Of a stretch of DNA of 27,961 nucleotides, positions 1 to 8,574 are shown piece after piece. Below the pieces are notes generated by a model. The model was given only the letters and a program-made list of their open reading frames with translations, ran no database searches and was not told the DNA's origin. The translations under genes were made by a program, and so were the position numbers. Source of the stretch: a virus. Its lineage: Duplodnaviria; Caudoviricetes. Every line of letters begins with the position of its first letter. Position 1 is the stretch's first letter. The stretch lies in IMG/VR virus record IMGVR_UViG_3300017913_002108, positions 1 through 27,961 of that record. The stretch is one strand, 5' to 3'.

Positions 1-1
1 T

Positions 2-3000
2 TCACACTCACATGTTATCTCTAACGTAGATGGACTACAGGCGGCACTAGATGGTAAAACAACTACTTCTCGTACTATTACTGCAGGTAATGGTCTTACT
101 GGTGGTGGAAACCTTACAGCTAATAGAACGCTTAACGTAGGGGCAGGTAGCGGTATTACTGTTACTGCTGATGCTGTTGCACACTCTGATACATCAACAC
201 AGGCAAGTGTTAACAACTCAGGACGTACCTACATTCAGGATGTTACGCTTGATGGGTTTGGACACGTTACAGGTCTAACATCTGCTACTGAAACTGTAAC
301 AGATACAACCTATACAGCAGGATCAGGGTTAGACCTGACAGGTACAGAATTTAGCCACGAAGATACCTCTAGCCAAGCATCTGTGAACAACTCTAATGGC
401 ACAGTCATTCAAGATATTACTCTTGATACGTATGGGCATATCACAGGTATCAACTCCGTTAACCTAGATGGGCGTTACTATACTGAGAGTGAAGCAGACA
501 GCCGTTTTCCAAACGTTCAAGCTACTTTCCGTAGTGGCGCTCAGAATATGGACAGCTTTAAGACATCTGGTTTTCACAGCCTCTACAATGCTAATGCATC
601 AGGCCATACAAATGCACCTTTCCAATACGGAACAATGCTGTCTGTAGGTAACACGTCTGCCAGTGGTGGCATGGCTATGCAGCTTGCCCATGAACGCCTA
701 AATAACGGTACATACATTCGTGGCATGAATGATACTAACGATACGTGGTATAGCTGGCAACGTATCTTTATGGACAACTACCACCCTAACGCAGATAAGT
801 GGACAACAGCACGCACCCTATCACTCTCAGGTGATGCATCAGGCAGCGTAAGCTGGGACGGTAGTGCTAATGCTACACTGAGTGTTGCTGTAAGTGACAA
901 TAGTCACAATCACAGCATTAGCACCATTACAGATGAACACCGCCTGTTCAACAATATGGGTGACGATCACGGTACTAGAACATCATTTGATGCAACTACA
1001 CCAAGCTATAACTTTGGGTGGCGTTATGTACAGGGTTCTACAAATGGCCCAGGAACAAGTGGCTCTCAATTTTATTCAGCTTATATTGGTTTAGGTGATC
1101 AGTATTCAGCTACAGGTTCTGGATCATATGGTATGCAGATCGCCATAGACAGAAATGTTACAAATCCTTATCTGTCAGTACGTTACAATGAAAACAATTC
1201 GCTAGGTAGCTGGCGTAAAATATATGCTGGTAGTGCTGACAAATGGACTACAGCTAGAACGCTTTCACTCTCTGGTGATGCATCTGGTTCTGTCTCTTGG
1301 GACGGTAGTGCTAATGCTACGCTTAGTGTTACGGTGGCTGATGACAGCCACAACCATGATCACTCTGATGGTGGCTTTACTGTAAATGGTACTGTACAGG
1401 CTACAGGCGGTGCGAACATTGTTTCTACATCTAGTAACCCTTTCCGTTGGCAGCGCAGTGGATTAAGTCAAGTAGGGCAAGATGATAACGTCACAGTACA
1501 TGTAGACGATAGTAACATCTACTTCACACACAATAACGATGATGATGGAGATGCATCAGGGTTCCATTTCCGTAGAATGACAGGCGGGTCAGCGCAAAAC
1601 CTGTTGAGCTTCAGCGCAAGCGCGATTAGCTTTAAAGGTCAAAACATCTTCCGTGATGATTATCACCCCAACGCAGATACGTGGACTACTGCCCGTACCA
1701 TTACTTTAGGTGGTGATCTTACTGGTAATGTGTCTATTGATGGTTCTGCTAACGTCACGCTTACTGCTGCTGTAACGAATGACAGCCACACTCACAACAG
1801 AATTGTTGAAAAGTCTACGATTGATTATGGCGCAGCTTATTTGCAGTGGACTGACCAAAGCGGCAACGGCGGCAGCAATGGTAACGGCAATGCGCCAAGC
1901 AACCCAACAAATGACTGGTATCACCATATAATTGCAAACCATGCGAACAGCAGCGGTTGGTATGTGGACATTGCGCAGTCGTTCAATAGCGATGCAGTGT
2001 ATCATCGACGCCTCTCAAGCGGCACTTTGGGTAGTTGGCAACGTTTCTTTACAGATGCGTATCACCCTAACGCAGATAAGTGGACAACAGCCCGTACCTT
2101 ATCACTCTCTGGTGACGCATCTGGTTCTGTCTCTTGGGATGGCTCTGCTAATGCTACACTGAGTGTGACGGTGGCTAATGACAGTCATACGCATGATGGG
2201 CGTTACTATACAGAGGCAGAAGCTGATGCAAGGTTTACTTCTATTGATCATTTCCGTCATACAGGGCATGGATACTATACAAGTACAACAACGTCTGCAT
2301 TGCTTACAGAGGCGTTAGGTGACGATGCTTTTGACAGTAAACTTACAGCGCATAAAACAGGTTGGTCTTACGCAGGTAATGGAGACTTAACAGACGCAGG
2401 TAGATTTACAGAACTAGCAGGTACTTCTTGGCTATGGTGGACGGATAACTCTACGGACAACACACAGGGTAATGTCACAGCCCTTGCTATTGCACCCAAC
2501 ACAGGTGGATCAGCAGGTAAGGTATTTATTTATAACAACCAAGGTAGTAGCTATTCACCAGGTTGGCGTGAAGTATGGACAAGCACAAGTGACGGCTCTG
2601 GTTCTGGCCTAGATGCTGATAAGTTAGACGGTTACCACCTAAGCACAACACGTGACTCAGCCAATACTGTCCCTGTGCGTGACTCTAATGGTTACTTACA
2701 GCTTGGCTGGATCAATACAACATCAGGTGCAACCACAAATACCATTGACAGGATTTATGCATCTAACGACAGCTATATTCGTTATATTACACCTGCTACA
2801 TTTAGAACACAGGTCACAGACGGTTATTACTTAGGTGCTACAGCTAAAGCTGCTGACAGTAACCTGTTGGACGGTATTGATAGCAGTGCTTTCTTACGTA
2901 GTAACGCCAATGATACCCTAAGTAACGGTTCTACACTTAGCGTAGATGGTAAGATAAAGATAAACTCAGGTGGTTCTCTTTATTATGAGACTAGCGCCAA

Positions 3001-4315
3001 TGGCGGCTACATACCTAGACCTAAAGGAGGGCATTATGTAACCACTTCAGGTAGCCACACTGGTGCTATTGAAATTGCATTGCCTAACCTTGGTGGAAAC
3101 GACATGATATCCTTTTATGTGGATATCTATGATTATGCCACAAATGAATCTGTAAGTGTTTTTGTAGCAGGGTATGTCAATAACTCCTCCGATACTTGGG
3201 TTAACTGTGAAGCTCGTGTTCTTACAACAAAGACTTCTAAGAATTACACTGTTAGATTTGGTGATAACGGTACAAAAACCGTTGTTTGGATTGGTGAGAC
3301 AAACAGCGCATGGGGCTACCCGCAAGTCTTAGTACGAGATGTACAGGTAGGTTATACATCAGATGTAGATGCTTGGGATGATGGCTGGAATGTATCTTTT
3401 GTTACTACTCTTGGTACTGTAAACGAGACTCAATCTAATAACTGGCCTTTGTCACATTATGCAACCTCTGCAGGCTCAGCAAGTACTGCAACTACCGCAA
3501 CTAACTCTACTCAGCTAGGCGGTTTTGCATCCTCAGATTTTGTCAGAACAGATACAGCAGCGCGGTTAGCTAGCTTAACCATCAGTGCCTCTGGCACAGA
3601 TATTATCAAAGACCTTTACGGCAATATGATATTGCGAAACAGTACCTCTGGAAACGGGGATGGTATAATTCTCCAAACAAATTCAAATGGTACTCAGCAA
3701 ACTGCCCTTAAAGCTTTTGGTGGTTCTGCTACCACTTCCTATGTTGCTGCTTATACGGATGGCTCTTATAGTTTTGCCTCAACAAGTTCAGGCATTGATG
3801 TTGTTACTTGGGTTGATGTTGGTAGCGGTATCAGGCACAAAAGTGATAGCAATACGTACATGGTCTTTGGTGTTGACAATATAGCTTTTTATGCTGGCGG
3901 CGTTGAAATGCTTAGCATGGTTGAGGGTACTACTGATTACGTAGATATCATTGACCGTGTACGTGTTACAGCAAATGGTGATATGATCTGTGAAGGTAAT
4001 ATTACAGCATATACAACCACCTCTGTATCAGATGAGCGTAGAAAAGATAACATTGAGGTTATTGATAATGCACTAGATAAAGTGTCTCAACTAAAAGGTG
4101 TTACCTTTAATTGGAAACATAACGGTTCTGCTTCTGCAGGTTTGATTGCGCAAGATGTAGAGAAGGTTTTACCTGAAGTAGTAGTAGATAAAGAGGTACG
4201 TGACGAGGGTACTTATAAGACTGTTGACTACGATGGTATTATTGGTCTATTAGTAGAATCTATAAAAGAACTAAAAGCAGAAATAGAGGTGCTAAAGAAT
4301 GGCTCTTCAGACTAG
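2..4315 (+). CDS. Long modular tail fibre (5'-truncated, >1437 aa) with C-terminal intramolecular chaperone (peptidase S74)
   Basis: The frame is open from base 2 (SHSHVISNVDGLQAALDGK..., a phage-tail-repeat-like motif), so the ORF-track start at 383 is an internal GTG. Contains repeated ADKWTTARTLSLSGDASGSVSWDGSANATL linkers, HxH motifs, LDADKLDG/NLLDG motifs, and the S74 signature SDERRKDNI...GLIAQDVEKVLPEVV...VDYDGIIGLLVESIKEL from 4028. Confidence 0.93.
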   Translation, partial: SHSHVISNVDGLQAALDGKTTTSRTITAGNGLTGGGNLTANRTLNVGAGSGITVTADAVAHSDTSTQASVNNSGRTYIQDVTLDGFGHVTGLTSATETVTDTTYTAGSGLDLTGTEFSHEDTSSQASVNNSNGTVIQDITLDTYGHITGINSVNLDGRYYTESEADSRFPNVQATFRSGAQNMDSFKTSGFHSLYNANASGHTNAPFQYGTMLSVGNTSASGGMAMQLAHERLNNGTYIRGMNDTNDTWYSWQRIFMDNYHPNADKWTTARTLSLSGDASGSVSWDGSANATLSVAVSDNSHNHSISTITDEHRLFNNMGDDHGTRTSFDATTPSYNFGWRYVQGSTNGPGTSGSQFYSAYIGLGDQYSATGSGSYGMQIAIDRNVTNPYLSVRYNENNSLGSWRKIYAGSADKWTTARTLSLSGDASGSVSWDGSANATLSVTVADDSHNHDHSDGGFTVNGTVQATGGANIVSTSSNPFRWQRSGLSQVGQDDNVTVHVDDSNIYFTHNNDDDGDASGFHFRRMTGGSAQNLLSFSASAISFKGQNIFRDDYHPNADTWTTARTITLGGDLTGNVSIDGSANVTLTAAVTNDSHTHNRIVEKSTIDYGAAYLQWTDQSGNGGSNGNGNAPSNPTNDWYHHIIANHANSSGWYVDIAQSFNSDAVYHRRLSSGTLGSWQRFFTDAYHPNADKWTTARTLSLSGDASGSVSWDGSANATLSVTVANDSHTHDGRYYTEAEADARFTSIDHFRHTGHGYYTSTTTSALLTEALGDDAFDSKLTAHKTGWSYAGNGDLTDAGRFTELAGTSWLWWTDNSTDNTQGNVTALAIAPNTGGSAGKVFIYNNQGSSYSPGWREVWTSTSDGSGSGLDADKLDGYHLSTTRDSANTVPVRDSNGYLQLGWINTTSGATTNTIDRIYASNDSYIRYITPATFRTQVTDGYYLGATAKAADSNLLDGIDSSAFLRSNANDTLSNGSTLSVDGKIKINSGGSLYYETSANGGYIPRPKGGHYVTTSGSHTGAIEIALPNLGGNDMISFYVDIYDYATNESVSVFVAGYVNNSSDTWVNCEARVLTTKTSKNYTVRFGDNGTKTVVWIGETNSAWGYPQVLVRDVQVGYTSDVDAWDDGWNVSFVTTLGTVNETQSNNWPLSHYATSAGSASTATTATNSTQLGGFASSDFVRTDTAARLASLTISASGTDIIKDLYGNMILRNSTSGNGDGIILQTNSNGTQQTALKAFGGSATTSYVAAYTDGSYSFASTSSGIDVVTWVDVGSGIRHKSDSNTYMVFGVDNIAFYAGGVEMLSMVEGTTDYVDIIDRVRVTANGDMICEGNITAYTTTSVSDERRKDNIEVIDNALDKVSQLKGVTFNWKHNGSASAGLIAQDVEKVLPEVVVDKEVRDEGTYKTVDYDGIIGLLVESIKELKAEIEVLKNGSSD
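779..2194 (+). repeat. Four dispersed ~130-bp direct repeats (about 779-913, 1235-1363, 1661-1795, 2060-2194) separating variable domains in the fibre gene
   Basis: Protein unit (YHPN)ADKWTTARTLSLSGDASGSVSWDGSANATLSVTVxxDSHxH. DNA blocks: 782-810 = 2063-2091 (29/29), 1265-1302 vs 2102-2139 (37/38), 854-876 = 1298-1320 (23/23). Confidence 0.95.
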
Positions 4316-5816
4316 CGGTCCTATAAGCTTTAATGATATTCACATAGAGGCAGGCGGTACAACAAGTACAACTGTTAGTCTGAATGACACAGATGTTAGA
4401 GCTTTAATTGGCTCTACTTCTGGGTCGTCTGTGTCACTTAGTGATTATTATGGTGCTAGCGCAGGCTACTCAAACGGTAATTCTTTTCACCTATACAGTA
4501 GCAATCAGGACATTAGTTACGACTACCGTCATGAATTGTATACAGGTTTTTCCACTCATAAGTATGTCATTGCAAATATTAAACTTTTTAATTACGGAAC
4601 AGGGACATCAAGCAAAGATGCTGTTATAGCATTTGATCTAACTGATCCAGTAAACACTAATTCTGCAGTTCTTATGAGAACGAGCCAAGTTCAAACTCTA
4701 TATTATTACAGAACATCTGCACCTGATGCTAATAATGTATATGTTGTTTCAGCCAACGAAGTGGGCGTTTCTAATACATTTTCACTACATGGTTTTGATG
4801 GGTTTACCAGAGAATGGTCGAAGGTGTTATCTGGCGGTAATGTATATGCTATAAGTAGTGACGTTAGATCATCAGGGTACGTTTATATCTATGGTCGCAA
4901 TAGTAGTAATAACGAAATGTTCCTTGCAAAAGTAGATACTTCAGACGGTTCTATTTCTTGGGCTAGAGCGTTCGATTTTACATCTACTGATCTTTTTAAA
5001 ACAGATGCCGTTGTATATGAATATGACTCTACACGTGTTGCAATTCAGAGTAATAGAGTGCTAGGACTGTTTAATAAAAGTGACGGGTCCAACTCTGCCT
5101 TTTATACCGCCTCAATTTCTGATAGCAGCCTCGATGATATAGAAATAGGAAATAATAATAATTTTTACAGGCACCCTTCAGGCGCACGAATTGCTACCTT
5201 TGAGGCGACATATAACAAAACAAATCGCTACTATCTCGTAATGCGAAGTGCTAGTGGTTCTCACCAATTTAGATATTATACACAACAAACTAGCAAGATA
5301 CCTAAAATATATCCTTTAGGAAGAGATAGTTTTGCTGTAGTAGCAGGTAGCTATGTTTACCCTCGTCTGTTCTATATAAACTCTCAAGGTGTATGGACAG
5401 ATAGAGGTTCATATGGTGTACTGACATATAACGGCACTAGCTACATGCAGCCTATGTTTTCAGAAATACCAATTTTTTATGCAGAAAATGATTACTTTGT
5501 TAGTCTGGGGGCAAGGGAGTCAAATAGTGTGACTCCTACTAGATTTGCTTTTGGTGAGTATGACATAAATGCTAATTCATATACTAGTTATGAATACAAC
5601 AGCCATAAGATGATAAAAACAAGTCAAACATTAAGTACTTTTGCAAGCAATAATAGTTGGTATACCGACAACCCTACGCTTTCTCACACAACTTCTACAC
5701 CCAGCTTTACTAATAGCGCACGTACATTCACAGACTCCAGCTATACCTCTTCTAGCACAACTACTACCTTTACGCCTAGTGATGAATTTGATATATTACA
5801 AATAAGTGGCAGTTAA
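4299..5816 (+). CDS. Putative tail-fibre tip adhesin / receptor-binding protein (505 aa)
   Basis: Overlaps the fibre gene end, with GAGGT SD upstream. The N-terminus MALQTSGPISFNDIHIEAGG...SLSDYYGAS is the attachment-type motif typically seen directly after S74-containing fibres. The rest is S/T/Y/N-rich and predicted beta-rich. Confidence 0.7.
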   Translation: MALQTSGPISFNDIHIEAGGTTSTTVSLNDTDVRALIGSTSGSSVSLSDYYGASAGYSNGNSFHLYSSNQDISYDYRHELYTGFSTHKYVIANIKLFNYGTGTSSKDAVIAFDLTDPVNTNSAVLMRTSQVQTLYYYRTSAPDANNVYVVSANEVGVSNTFSLHGFDGFTREWSKVLSGGNVYAISSDVRSSGYVYIYGRNSSNNEMFLAKVDTSDGSISWARAFDFTSTDLFKTDAVVYEYDSTRVAIQSNRVLGLFNKSDGSNSAFYTASISDSSLDDIEIGNNNNFYRHPSGARIATFEATYNKTNRYYLVMRSASGSHQFRYYTQQTSKIPKIYPLGRDSFAVVAGSYVYPRLFYINSQGVWTDRGSYGVLTYNGTSYMQPMFSEIPIFYAENDYFVSLGARESNSVTPTRFAFGEYDINANSYTSYEYNSHKMIKTSQTLSTFASNNSWYTDNPTLSHTTSTPSFTNSARTFTDSSYTSSSTTTTFTPSDEFDILQISGS

Positions 5817-5819
5817 AAC

Positions 5820-6260
5820 ATGGATACATTAGATTCTATAAAACAGGACTATTTAAACACCGCTCTAAATCACGCACGTATGCTTGTACGGCTTGAAAAG
5901 CTTATTGTAGGTGAGAGCTTTATTGAGCCTAGGCTAGACGGTTCTGAAGATGAGGCTCAAAAATATCTAGTGAAAAGGCATCGTGCCAGAGCCTCTAAAG
6001 AAGAGAGGGAGACAAGAAGAGCTTTCTACACAGAGCATTTCGATATAGTAGACTACTCTGTAGAGGAACCCAGAGATTTTGATTTTCCTTACGATGCACA
6101 CCCTCAAATAAATGTACATATATACTTAGACGGTAATTGGGTACGTAGATGTAGAAACACAGATGCTTTAAGCACGTTAGAGCAAGACTTAGAAAATATG
6201 GACGATTTTGTTCAACCTACCAAGGGTATGAGGTTTAAGACTTTAAATGTTCAAGAATAG
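5820..6260 (+). CDS. Hypothetical protein (146 aa, charged, soluble)
   Basis: Fills the gap between adhesin and desaturase, starting 3 nt after the upstream stop and overlapping the next gene. No motif recognised. Confidence 0.75.
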   Translation: MDTLDSIKQDYLNTALNHARMLVRLEKLIVGESFIEPRLDGSEDEAQKYLVKRHRARASKEERETRRAFYTEHFDIVDYSVEEPRDFDFPYDAHPQINVHIYLDGNWVRRCRNTDALSTLEQDLENMDDFVQPTKGMRFKTLNVQE

Positions 6261-7017
6261 AGAGTTAGGTAATCTTTTATACAACCTTGTATATTATCTT
6301 TATGGTTTTATAACAGTATACGCTTTTTATAATTACTTTTCTATTGCTGCACTGTTTGTAACTTTATTCTGTTATTTTCTTTTTGGTGGTTTGGGTATAG
6401 CTATCAATAATCATAGATACTTATGCCATAAAGCTTTCGAGTATCGCTACAAGTGGATGGAGTATGTATTCTCTGTGTTTGCTTGTTTAGCAGGTACAGG
6501 TAGCACTATTCGCTGGGTTAGTATACACATGGATCACCATAAGTATTCTGATACAGAGTTAGACCCGCATTCGCCTAAGTTCAAAGGCTTTAAAATGCTC
6601 TACTGGTTAGATTACCCAAAAGGTGACGTTAAAAGAGTTAGACGTTTGTTTACACCCTTCCATAAGTGGTTAAATACTAACTACGCTTTTGTGTTTGTGT
6701 TGTGGTGGATGTTTCTTTTTATACTAGGTGGTCCTTGGCTCGTAGTATTTGGTGGTATAGCACCTACATTTGTAACAGTATTTATGTCTATAAGTACAAC
6801 CATACTAGCACACTCTGTAGGCTACCGTAATTATGAAATAAAAGATGATAGCACAAATGTTTGGTTCTGGGCTTTACTTGATTGGGGCGAGGCATTACAC
6901 AATAACCACCACGCTAAGCCTTTAGAATACGATAACAGACACAAGTGGTATGAAGTAGATATTAGTGGTTTTTTGATTAAAAGGTTTCTAAAAAAGAATG
7001 AAGCACCCGTTAGTTAA
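6247..7017 (+). CDS. Membrane-bound delta-9-type (DesC/SCD-like) fatty acid desaturase
   Basis: Three His boxes with family context: GLGIAINNHRYLCHKAF (H56-H61), WVSIHMDHHKYSDTELDPHSP (H94-H98), WGEALHNNHH (H218-H222). Also LAHSVGYRNY and WYEVDISG motifs and two long hydrophobic stretches. GAGG SD upstream. Confidence 0.92.
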   Translation: MFKNRELGNLLYNLVYYLYGFITVYAFYNYFSIAALFVTLFCYFLFGGLGIAINNHRYLCHKAFEYRYKWMEYVFSVFACLAGTGSTIRWVSIHMDHHKYSDTELDPHSPKFKGFKMLYWLDYPKGDVKRVRRLFTPFHKWLNTNYAFVFVLWWMFLFILGGPWLVVFGGIAPTFVTVFMSISTTILAHSVGYRNYEIKDDSTNVWFWALLDWGEALHNNHHAKPLEYDNRHKWYEVDISGFLIKRFLKKNEAPVS

Positions 7018-7162
7018 ATCTTTTGAAGATAAAGAGGACGAAGCTTTACTGAAACAAATGCGGTTTCATGCTAGATGGGATCAATCACCTGATCCTAAGT
7101 ATACACGCCTGTTACGGCTTGCTGCAAACAGAATAGAAGAGTTAAAGAATGCTAGGCTTTAG
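6998..7162 (+). CDS. Small hypothetical protein (54 aa; not in ORF track)
   Basis: Manual translation MKHPLVKSFEDKEDEALLKQMRFHARWDQSPDPKYTRLLRLAANRIEELKNARL*. It fills the gap exactly and overlaps both neighbours. Confidence 0.7.
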   Translation: MKHPLVKSFEDKEDEALLKQMRFHARWDQSPDPKYTRLLRLAANRIEELKNARL

Positions 7163-8246
7163 TGCGTTTTCAGAATCTACATATAGTCAGGCTAATTCAT
7201 CTTTAGCTGCCCTGGCATACCTAACTAATGCAAATGCACAGCTATCTGCTAACACATTATTGACAGATGCAAAAGCTGAAAGCTTCTTAAGTGGTGTTTC
7301 TACTACTTCCTCTGTAAATGCGTTTGAGGATGTTGATGCCAAGGCTGTGAAAGAGATATTAGCTGTTTTAGCTGATTTTGATATTAACTCAGTCGCCCTT
7401 TATGCAAAGGCTAGCGTACAACCACCTTCAGCTACTGCGTCTTTGTTTGTAAACGACTTTAGTGATGTTGACGCTAAAGCAATCACAAGTATAAGCGGTG
7501 TAGGCGGCTTACTAGATTTAGGTATTGAATATGACGCTCAAGCTGGTATAACTATAAGTCCTGTAACTGCTTCTTTTGAACAGCCGCAAGACTTGACATC
7601 TAACACAGCAAAAGCTAAAATAACGTTAGATACAACGCTGACAAGAGCAGACTTAGCTATCCTGTTTGATGCAGAAGGTAATGTATTTCTTCCATCTGTA
7701 GCGATGTTCACGTATATGTCTGACTTCTCAGATGTTGACGCACAAGCATCTGCTTCTACTACAGGTACATCTGCTACATTTACTACACAAGACGTAGATA
7801 CATCAGCAGGAGCATCTGCCGTACCGCCTACTGTATTAGGGCAAACAAGTGCGGGTACTCTTGATTATGACGCACAAGCCTCTCTGATACTACGCCCAGC
7901 GCTGGGTACATTAACAGCAGAGAGTTTGTTATACGATGCAGAATCAAACATCTCTATAACAGGTACATCTAGCAACCTGTCTATAAATGATTTCTTTGAT
8001 GTAGATGCACAAGCAAGCAGTGTTATAGGTGGCGTCCAAGCAACGCTTTACGTAGACGGTGAGACACCTACAGCGGTACGATTTGATTATGATGTCTTTG
8101 AAGACTCCTATGACAGAAGTAGAATTGTTTATATCGTAAACTACTTAGATGCACCTGAATACAACACCGTTTATGTACAAAGCGATAACAGAACTGTGCA
8201 CATTGCACCTTATGACAACAACAGAACTATTCAAATAGTATCGTAA
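7149..8246 (+). CDS. Putative virion structural protein with ~22-aa DA[KQE]A repeats (365 aa)
   Basis: MLGFSAFSE N-terminus of a type common in phage structural modules. About 12 units of 21-24 aa, acidic and A/S/T-rich. Confidence 0.65.
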   Translation: MLGFSAFSESTYSQANSSLAALAYLTNANAQLSANTLLTDAKAESFLSGVSTTSSVNAFEDVDAKAVKEILAVLADFDINSVALYAKASVQPPSATASLFVNDFSDVDAKAITSISGVGGLLDLGIEYDAQAGITISPVTASFEQPQDLTSNTAKAKITLDTTLTRADLAILFDAEGNVFLPSVAMFTYMSDFSDVDAQASASTTGTSATFTTQDVDTSAGASAVPPTVLGQTSAGTLDYDAQASLILRPALGTLTAESLLYDAESNISITGTSSNLSINDFFDVDAQASSVIGGVQATLYVDGETPTAVRFDYDVFEDSYDRSRIVYIVNYLDAPEYNTVYVQSDNRTVHIAPYDNNRTIQIVS

Positions 8247-8256
8247 AGGAATTGAG

Positions 8257-8574
8257 ATGTCATATAAATGGCCTGATAAAGATAAAGATGAATTACTGGA
8301 CTACAGCATAGACTGGTCCCGTTTCTTGGGTGATGATACTATTTTAAGCGTTGTCTGGTATATTGATAATGCAGATGGTACTAAAGTAGAAGTAGCAAAC
8401 TCTCAAGTAGTTAATGGACTTCAGTTTGTTCAAGGTACAAATACAGATACAGTAGCTACAATTCGTCTATCTTTAGGTACTAACAATAAACGCTACAAGA
8501 TTACGTGTAAGATAAACACAGCAGAGTCTCTTATTTATGAGCGCTCTGTGTTTTTACGTGTACGGGAGAAGTAA
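8257..8574 (+). CDS. Small virion protein, putative fibre-attachment/adaptor (105 aa)
   Basis: AAGGA SD. The KDKDELLDYSIDW...YKITCKINT...ERSVFLRVREK pattern belongs to a widespread phage beta-sandwich family. Confidence 0.65.
   Translation: MSYKWPDKDKDELLDYSIDWSRFLGDDTILSVVWYIDNADGTKVEVANSQVVNGLQFVQGTNTDTVATIRLSLGTNNKRYKITCKINTAESLIYERSVFLRVREK

Noticed and set aside
383-385. ORF-track start of the 1310-aa fibre
   Set aside because: The frame is open from base 2 and this GTG lies inside a repeat (QASVNNS, also found upstream). The true start is outside the window.
779-2194. CRISPR-like or DGR/shufflon interpretation of the repeat-spacer pattern
   Set aside because: Repeats are ~130 bp, degenerate, in-frame coding and direct, with ~300-bp spacers. 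There are no cas, reverse transcriptase or invertase genes in the window and no adenine-specific mismatch pattern.
583-4629. Short alternate-frame or antisense ORFs inside the fibre and adhesin genes
   Set aside because: Nested in long coding regions with no recognisable features.
6966-7000. T- and A-runs at the desaturase 3' end as a programmed frameshift site
   Set aside because: The downstream 54-aa ORF has its own ATG and an upstream AAGG. No stimulatory structure is evident, and the runs are explained by Phe/Leu/Lys codons.
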